From a virus (Duplodnaviria > Caudoviricetes), in IMG/VR virus record IMGVR_UViG_3300048762_000252, positions 102,603 through 166,602 of that record: a stretch of DNA of 64,000 nucleotides; one strand, 5' to 3'. The position numbers and the translations under genes are program-made. The notes beneath the pieces were generated by a model that was not told where the DNA came from, did no database searches, and saw only the letters and a program-made list of their open reading frames with translations. Below, in pieces: positions 58,248 through 64,000 of the stretch (position 1 is the stretch's first letter; each line of letters starts with the position of its first letter).

Positions 58248-59216
58248 ATGGCAAATTCAACACATAAAGTCGAAGTTTTTCGTGTGCCGGAATTGGAAAA
58301 GCATCCGAATGCTGATACGCTTTCCGTGATGAAGGTGTTCGGCTATCAGGCCATTGTTCGCACCACCGATTTTCAGGTAGGCGATCTGGCGTGCTATATT
58401 CCACCAGACAACATATTGCCTGACAAGCCCGAATACGCATTTCTGAAGGGACATCGCCATATCAAGGCCGCAAAGCTGCGTGGCATCATGTCTCAGGGCC
58501 TTGTGCTTGCGGCCCCGGCTGGCGCACAGGAAGGTGACGATGTTGCGGAACTATTGGGCATCACGCACTATGTTCCTGAAATCAAAACTTCCGGCGATGG
58601 TGACATGATTGCCGCCCCGCCATTTTCTGGTAAGGTTTATGATGTCGATTCCTGGTTTCGCTATGACTATCTGATCCCGGATGGCACGCTTGTGGAAATC
58701 ACAGAGAAGTTGGACGGTGCCAATACTCGTGCATCGTTCCAGAACGGCGAACTGTGGGTTAGCTCTCGTGAAAATTGGCGCAAGGAAGCTCCCAATGGAT
58801 TTTTCTGGCGTGCCATGCAACAAAATCCGTGGCTGGAACGCCTTTGTCGTCAGTGCCCGGATTGCATTGTGTACGGAGAACTCTTCGGTAAAGTACAAGA
58901 CCTTCGTTACGGCGCAGAAGGCAACCAAGTATGGTTCCGTATGTTCGATATCATGACGCCCCTTGGCTTTATGAATCATGCTCAGAAGATGGCGGCATTA
59001 CAGGTCGCTGTTGGCTCTGATTCGTGGGAGCCATGCTATGTTCCAGTGCTTTATGTTGGCCCGCTTTCGAAAGAAGTTGTCATGCAGTATATGGATGGAC
59101 CTTCCATGATTCCTGGTGCAAAACATTCAAAAGAAGGAATTGTGATAAAACCACTTCAGGAAATGTGGTCGCCAGAGATTGGTCGTGTTATTTTGAAAGC
59201 TGTGTCTTTTATTTAG
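58248..59216 (+). CDS. RNA ligase, DRB0094 family
   Basis: HPNADTL, KLRG.MSQGL, TEKLDG.N, YGE, FD, EGIVIK. Confidence 0.9.
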   Translation: MANSTHKVEVFRVPELEKHPNADTLSVMKVFGYQAIVRTTDFQVGDLACYIPPDNILPDKPEYAFLKGHRHIKAAKLRGIMSQGLVLAAPAGAQEGDDVAELLGITHYVPEIKTSGDGDMIAAPPFSGKVYDVDSWFRYDYLIPDGTLVEITEKLDGANTRASFQNGELWVSSRENWRKEAPNGFFWRAMQQNPWLERLCRQCPDCIVYGELFGKVQDLRYGAEGNQVWFRMFDIMTPLGFMNHAQKMAALQVAVGSDSWEPCYVPVLYVGPLSKEVVMQYMDGPSMIPGAKHSKEGIVIKPLQEMWSPEIGRVILKAVSFI

Positions 59217-60033
59217 CAGATTTAGAACACATACCTTTAGAGTAATGTTTTTGATCTGGATGACATGTGGCCATTTGATATTTAATATTTCCTTTTCGTT
59301 TTGAAATATTATACTCTTGAAGAGCATTAAGAACAGGACTTTTTCCAACATTAAATTGTTTCCCAATTTCTCTAGCTGACATTCGCTTCACGATGTACAA
59401 ATCATATAAAACTTCAAATGATATAACAAACTTCCTCGTTTGTTGTCTTGGACCTCGCATTTTTGCTTTAGTTACTTCGGAATGATGTTTACCCCGCATA
59501 CCATAAGATGTCCATTTTTTATTTTTTCTAGTTTCGATCATAAATGTACTAAGTTTGGATTTAGTTTCTAACGAGTGATGTTGATTTGATGCCCAAATTT
59601 TTAAATGATTTTTCCACTCTTCGCTGTGTACATGACTTCCAATTTTCTTTTGTCTGATTTTTTCTTTGGTTTCTTCTGAGTGCTTTCTACCATAAAATCC
59701 ATTTTTCTCGCCGGAAACTGCAAGGCTAATTTTATGTTTAGTTTCTTCAGAGTTTTTTCCACGACTGCCACCGAATCGAATGTTGTATCCGGTTTTGATG
59801 CTATTGTGATAATTTATCCAATAAATTTCTTTTTCATTTAATTCAGAATCTAAGCACTGCTCTAAAATATATATGGAAAATTTATTTATTCCGTATTTTT
59901 GGATAGCATAATATAATTTCCGGCATACTCGTTCTGTATTGTGTTGACATATACGATCTCTTAACGGCTGTGTTGTTTGTCCAATGTATTTTTTATTATT
60001 AACAATATTTTCGTAACAGTATATTATTCCCAT
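59209..60033 (-). CDS. GIY-YIG homing endonuclease (NUMOD3)
   Basis: IIYCYEN..N.KKYIGQT, AIQKYG, GYN, HSEETK repeats. Confidence 0.9.
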   Translation of the reverse strand: MGIIYCYENIVNNKKYIGQTTQPLRDRICQHNTERVCRKLYYAIQKYGINKFSIYILEQCLDSELNEKEIYWINYHNSIKTGYNIRFGGSRGKNSEETKHKISLAVSGEKNGFYGRKHSEETKEKIRQKKIGSHVHSEEWKNHLKIWASNQHHSLETKSKLSTFMIETRKNKKWTSYGMRGKHHSEVTKAKMRGPRQQTRKFVISFEVLYDLYIVKRMSAREIGKQFNVGKSPVLNALQEYNISKRKGNIKYQMATCHPDQKHYSKGMCSKSAK

Positions 60034-60105
60034 ACTATGTATTTATAATTCTCAAGTCTGTCACACCACTTGACGATTATAAATAGTCATGATACACTTA
60101 ATAAA

Positions 60106-60378
60106 ATGGTCGAAGAAATGTACGAACCTGATTTGCCAAGACCGGAAGAAAATGATTTTTCTCCGCTCATGGTTTGGGTGAATGCCGGTTTCGGCAAGCG
60201 TTCGTATGCGTGTCGAATCAACAACGACAGCACAATGACATTGCCTGATCTTTTAGTGCGAGAATTGGACATGCATCCTGGCGATGATTTGGATATGGAA
60301 TTTGATGAAGAAGACGGAACGCTCTACGTCAAGAAAAAAGAGCAAAACTGGGAGATACCTGAATGGCTTCAGGATTGA
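60106..60378 (+). CDS. AbrB/MazE-like DNA-binding domain protein
   Basis: TLP....EL...PGD.L......L.V.K. Confidence 0.6.
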   Translation: MVEEMYEPDLPRPEENDFSPLMVWVNAGFGKRSYACRINNDSTMTLPDLLVRELDMHPGDDLDMEFDEEDGTLYVKKKEQNWEIPEWLQD

Positions 60379-60389
60379 TATATAGAAAT

Positions 60390-60566
60390 ATGAATCAACA
60401 ATACATAGGCATGTCAGTACAAGAAGCAACTGTCAAAGCGCAGCAAGCAGGATTCAAAGTTGAAATAGAAGTGGTTGGTCCACAATTTCTCGACTGTCAA
60501 TATCGACAGGATCGCATCACCTTCAAAGTTGAGAACGGCATCGTTACCACTGCCAACGTCGGATAA
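60390..60566 (+). CDS. peptidase inhibitor I78/potato-I-like protein
   Basis: YIGM...A...YRQDRI.F.VENG.V....VG. Confidence 0.6.
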   Translation: MNQQYIGMSVQEATVKAQQAGFKVEIEVVGPQFLDCQYRQDRITFKVENGIVTTANVG

Positions 60567-60642
60567 CTTGCCAAAATCAAAATCGGTGGTATTATAAATC
60601 CAGAAGATATCGATTCGTTAAAATTTTCGGACCCAAAATACA

Positions 60643-60792
60643 ATGACAAGCACAGCCGCTACGACAAACGTAAATTTGTCTGAACAAATTGAACAATTGA
60701 GAAAAGAAGCAGAAGAAGCAAAAAAAGCTTTCAATTATGAATTGGCTTTCGTGTTGATCGACCAAGCCGATTCTTTAGAAAAACGATTTTAA
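60643..60792 (+). CDS. 49-aa UVR-motif-like protein (not in ORF track)
   Basis: IEQLRKEAEEAKKAFNYELAFVLIDQADSLE; TATAAA-containing promoter upstream. Confidence 0.5.
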   Translation: MTSTAATTNVNLSEQIEQLRKEAEEAKKAFNYELAFVLIDQADSLEKRF

Positions 60793-61057
60793 GGCTCTAC
60801 ACGCTTCTGGAACAAAAGGTGGGGCTAAACATGGGTACATGCCAATCGTTTCGCTACAGGGCTTTATAGGCTGTATAGTGTGGATTCTACAGCATCGTCC
60901 TGCCTTCTTCATACCGATTCCTTCCAAATTCGGGGACAGACGGCGAGATTCGCAAGGGCGGCGAAACTCGTCGTCTGGCCCCGGTGGTTGTCTGTAGATT
61001 ATTGATTCTAAAGTCCACCTGACATAAAGATCATCCGCTTTGTAAACTCGTATTAAA

Positions 61058-61345
61058 ATGACCGCATATCAAATTCTCGATCTTGAAATGGACCCGCAGC
61101 GCAATGATGCCGGGGCGTCCACAATTCGAGAATACTACAAAACTCTTCTCAAAACACTATTGGAAACCGGCGAAGGTTTCAGTGGCAAGCGGCCTTTGGG
61201 CAATAGCGATTGGGAGTATCAACTGTACGAAGCTCTCGTCAAAGGTGGCGCAATTCAGGGCACTTTAAATGAAGATGGCTTTGTTGAAGAGATTGATCGG
61301 TATCATGCTAATGCGCTGCTTCGAAGTGCTGTGAATGCACTTTAG
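61058..61345 (+). CDS. hypothetical phage protein
   Basis: GEGFSGKRP.GNS.W. Confidence 0.7.
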   Translation: MTAYQILDLEMDPQRNDAGASTIREYYKTLLKTLLETGEGFSGKRPLGNSDWEYQLYEALVKGGAIQGTLNEDGFVEEIDRYHANALLRSAVNAL

Positions 61346-61424
61346 TTGACTAAAACCATTCTTTCACATTTTTTAGCAAGTCTTTTCTCATTGACACGCT
61401 CTAGGCTTGATGGTGTTAATCTTT

Positions 61425-61922
61425 CTACGATTCCATCTGTTCGTATCGATGCGATATTCCAGGATGAGATTCTATCAAAATTTGTAATGCTTCTTTTTCA
61501 CTCAAATCTGCTTTCATTCTGTTATACCACCATGCTACGATCTGAATGTTTTCCGGTGTGTATCCAAATCCAGCTTTGCGTTGATCTAAGGATGGCGCAA
61601 ACGGATTTGTTTTAATATCGTCCCTTGTTTCAAAGTTAAGTGGAGTTCCAGTCACTTCACAAGTGTTCTGACATTGTGTAAGACGAGCTTCAATATCGTA
61701 TTGAGTTATTGTAAAGAGTAAATTTTTTCTTTTAGCATGGGATTTGGCACTTGTAAACAACCGGAGTGCTCGACCTTTGACAGTCTCCCTAAATTGCTTT
61801 GTCCTACGTGAAATCATCAACTTTCCCTTCTCAGTTTTTCTATAAGCATTTTGATATTTTTTATAATTTAATTTGCCTTTTTCGCTTTGAAGGTATTTCT
61901 TATTTCGTTCTTTGGCAGTCAT
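61425..61922 (-). CDS. putative homing endonuclease (SLD family)
   Basis: CEVTG..PSLDQ...GY..ENI......N..K; TATATATA late-promoter variant upstream. Confidence 0.7.
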   Translation of the reverse strand: MTAKERNKKYLQSEKGKLNYKKYQNAYRKTEKGKLMISRRTKQFRETVKGRALRLFTSAKSHAKRKNLLFTITQYDIEARLTQCQNTCEVTGTPLNFETRDDIKTNPFAPSLDQRKAGFGYTPENIQIVAWWYNRMKADLSEKEALQILIESHPGISHRYEQMES

Positions 61923-61976
61923 GTGTGTATATATAATCCATGCGTATCCGTTTATGTGATACGCATGGATGAAAAC

Positions 61977-62597
61977 ATGAAAACCATTAAACAAAAATTC
62001 ATTGTGGATGAGTCTGGTTCGATGGCTCCACAGCAAATGACCGTAATTAGCGGGTTCAATGAACAACTCAATTCTATGAAACAAGAAGAAAAGGCGAATG
62101 GAGTTCGCTATCTTGTTACATTAGTAAAATTCAACGAAAATGTAACTACACTTTATACAGACAAACCGCTGGCAGAAGTTAAAGAATTAACTACAGAAAC
62201 ATATGTTCCTTCTGGCTGGACCGCATTACTTGATGCGATTGGGAAAACCATCGATACCGCAACCCCAGGCGAAAGTGATGTTTTAATCACCATTTTTACC
62301 GATGGTGCTGAGAACAGAAGCAAAGAATGGAAGAAAAACACAATCAAAACATTGATTGATCTACGCCAACGTGAAAACAAATGGGGATTTGTGTATTTTG
62401 GCGCAAATGTCGATGCATTTTCTGAAGCCTCATCTTTGGGCATCTCAAACGCAGTGGACTACACCATGGCAAACACCGGAGCCGCAATCTACGCTATGAA
62501 TGCTGTTCGTAGTTGTTATGTTTCTACAGCGACGAGCGGCGAGTACAATGTTAGCAATTTGACCTCAACCGTCAATACAAACGACTTGGTAAAATAA
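61977..62597 (+). CDS. vWA domain protein
   Basis: DESGSM, TALLDAIG, TDG.EN.S, F.GAN. Confidence 0.85.
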   Translation: MKTIKQKFIVDESGSMAPQQMTVISGFNEQLNSMKQEEKANGVRYLVTLVKFNENVTTLYTDKPLAEVKELTTETYVPSGWTALLDAIGKTIDTATPGESDVLITIFTDGAENRSKEWKKNTIKTLIDLRQRENKWGFVYFGANVDAFSEASSLGISNAVDYTMANTGAAIYAMNAVRSCYVSTATSGEYNVSNLTSTVNTNDLVK

Positions 62598-62609
62598 AGG
62601 AGAATCCAA

Positions 62610-63014
62610 ATGAAACTCAATTTGAATGGAGTCGAGATCGAACTCCCAAACAATGCAAAAGTAGATGTATCTGAAGACGGCAAAAAAGTAAAAATCGATA
62701 TGCCGGAAGCTGTCGAAAAAATTCGTGTGGTCGAAGTTGGATCAACTGAAGGGCGAATTGTTGAACGCATCAAAGTGGTCGAAAAAGTTTGCACACTTCC
62801 GCATTATCCTTGCTGCACACTTCCACATTATCCTTGCAATCGTCCGCATTACCCGTATCAGCCATGGACGTATACATATCCAATCTATACTAGCGGTACC
62901 ATTTCAGGCATAGGTGGCAGCACTACATATGGAGTGGCATCGGGTGGTACGACTACTTGGGGTAGTTCAAATGTGACACTTACCGGGACATCCGGCGATG
63001 CGTCTAATACATAA
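62610..63014 (+). CDS. hypothetical protein with CTLPHYPC repeats
   Basis: AAGGAG RBS. Confidence 0.65.
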   Translation: MKLNLNGVEIELPNNAKVDVSEDGKKVKIDMPEAVEKIRVVEVGSTEGRIVERIKVVEKVCTLPHYPCCTLPHYPCNRPHYPYQPWTYTYPIYTSGTISGIGGSTTYGVASGGTTTWGSSNVTLTGTSGDASNT

Positions 63015-63025
63015 ACGGAGAAAAT

Positions 63026-63307
63026 ATGGCATGTGTCGTTAAAAATTGCACACAGGAAGCAAGAGGCAAAGGAATCATGTGTGCAGCGCATTGGTTTGCT
63101 CTTCCAGAAACACTACGGGAAGACATCAGAAAAGATACAGATAAGGGAGCGCACACATTGAGAGCGCAACCATCAAGAGAATGGCTTTCGGCAGCTTCAA
63201 AATTTGTGGGAGATATGAAAAATCTTTCCATCAAATACGAAGACGGCAGGCACAAACGCAAATTCCAAGATGCAAAACCGCAAGATGAACCCACGACATT
63301 GGCCTAA
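63026..63307 (+). CDS. hypothetical protein
   Basis: GGAG RBS; C...C....C..HW..LP. Confidence 0.65.
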   Translation: MACVVKNCTQEARGKGIMCAAHWFALPETLREDIRKDTDKGAHTLRAQPSREWLSAASKFVGDMKNLSIKYEDGRHKRKFQDAKPQDEPTTLA

Positions 63308-63330
63308 GCAAACTGTGCTATACTGGAGAT

Positions 63331-64000
63331 GTGGACAAAGATGCACTCCAAAACTACATTGTTGCATGGCATCGCCGGAATTATCCCAACGAGACGGATG
63401 TTGAAGCCCTGATTGGCGTCGAAGAGGAAATCGGTGAATTGAACCGGGCCGAATTGAAGCAAGCAGGCGGCATTCGTGGAACGTGGGAATACTGGCAAGA
63501 AGAGAAGAAAAAAGAAGTCGGTGATGTGCTCATTGGCATCATCAATTTCAGCGGCCATTGCGGAATTAGCATGAGCAAAATTCTTCCCGTCAACATTCCA
63601 TTTGCGCCGATGAAGGATTCTGAATTGGCGCTATTGATGGTGTCTGTTGCATTCGGCAAGCTCACCGAAATTTTCATGTTCGGCTTCGAGGAACGCAGAT
63701 CCAGCATCATTGGATTTCTAGGATTCCTTTATCACAGTGTCGAAACGTATTGCGACACTGTAGGTATCAACGCTGAAGAGGCTCTTGCCGCCCGCTGGAC
63801 CACAATTTCAAAGCGTGACTTCATCGCAAACCCGGAGACTGGTGGGCGGGAAAAGGAATCAGCTTCTTGTGAATATTGCGTAGACGGAACGATTGGTGAA
63901 ACCGACTGGACTGGATCAGTTCACGATAGGCCATGCTCTGAGTGTGATGGCACTGGAAAGGCAAAGAAAGAAGACGCCACCGTGGTTTTGCGTATCCACA
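63331..64000 (+). CDS. MazG-like NTP pyrophosphohydrolase with C-terminal Zn finger (runs off the window)
   Basis: GTG start; EEEIGEL...EVGDV; CEYC..G and CSECDGTG. Confidence 0.7.
   Translation, partial: MDKDALQNYIVAWHRRNYPNETDVEALIGVEEEIGELNRAELKQAGGIRGTWEYWQEEKKKEVGDVLIGIINFSGHCGISMSKILPVNIPFAPMKDSELALLMVSVAFGKLTEIFMFGFEERRSSIIGFLGFLYHSVETYCDTVGINAEEALAARWTTISKRDFIANPETGGREKESASCEYCVDGTIGETDWTGSVHDRPCSECDGTGKAKKEDATVVLRIH

Noticed and set aside
1-64000. CRISPR array, rRNA, integrase or IS transposase
   Set aside because: No repeat-spacer periodicity or corresponding motifs were seen by eye; short tandem duplications (near 53428, 55352, 62790) are in-frame coding repeats

Overview
A 64-kb segment of a large T4-like (Tevenvirinae-related) myovirus genome, mostly read on the minus strand. 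It carries the core replication, recombination and late-transcription genes: gp41 helicase, gp43 polymerase with a LAGLIDADG intein, gp62/gp44/gp45, gp46/gp47, gp55, UvsW, UvsX fractured by a split intein, UvsY and gp3. These are interspersed with about ten homing endonuclease genes and many accessory genes. Most notable: (1) a non-canonical tRNA-Gly-like RNA 4 nt upstream of a Mom-family adenine-modification enzyme, a candidate dedicated glycyl donor for DNA hypermodification; (2) a five-enzyme NAD+/NADP+ reconstitution set (Nudix, Prs, Nampt, NMNAT-like, NAD kinase) lying between gp62 and gp43; (3) an Acb1 (gp57B)-ParB fusion with a T4-type capsid-targeting N-terminus; (4) a phage PEP-CTERM protein and a captured ~105-bp fragment resembling a bacterial RND-transporter gene, both clues to the host; (5) pervasive leaderless sigma70 promoters, some carrying a palindromic operator-like motif. 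All calls come from motif recognition by eye; no database searches were run.
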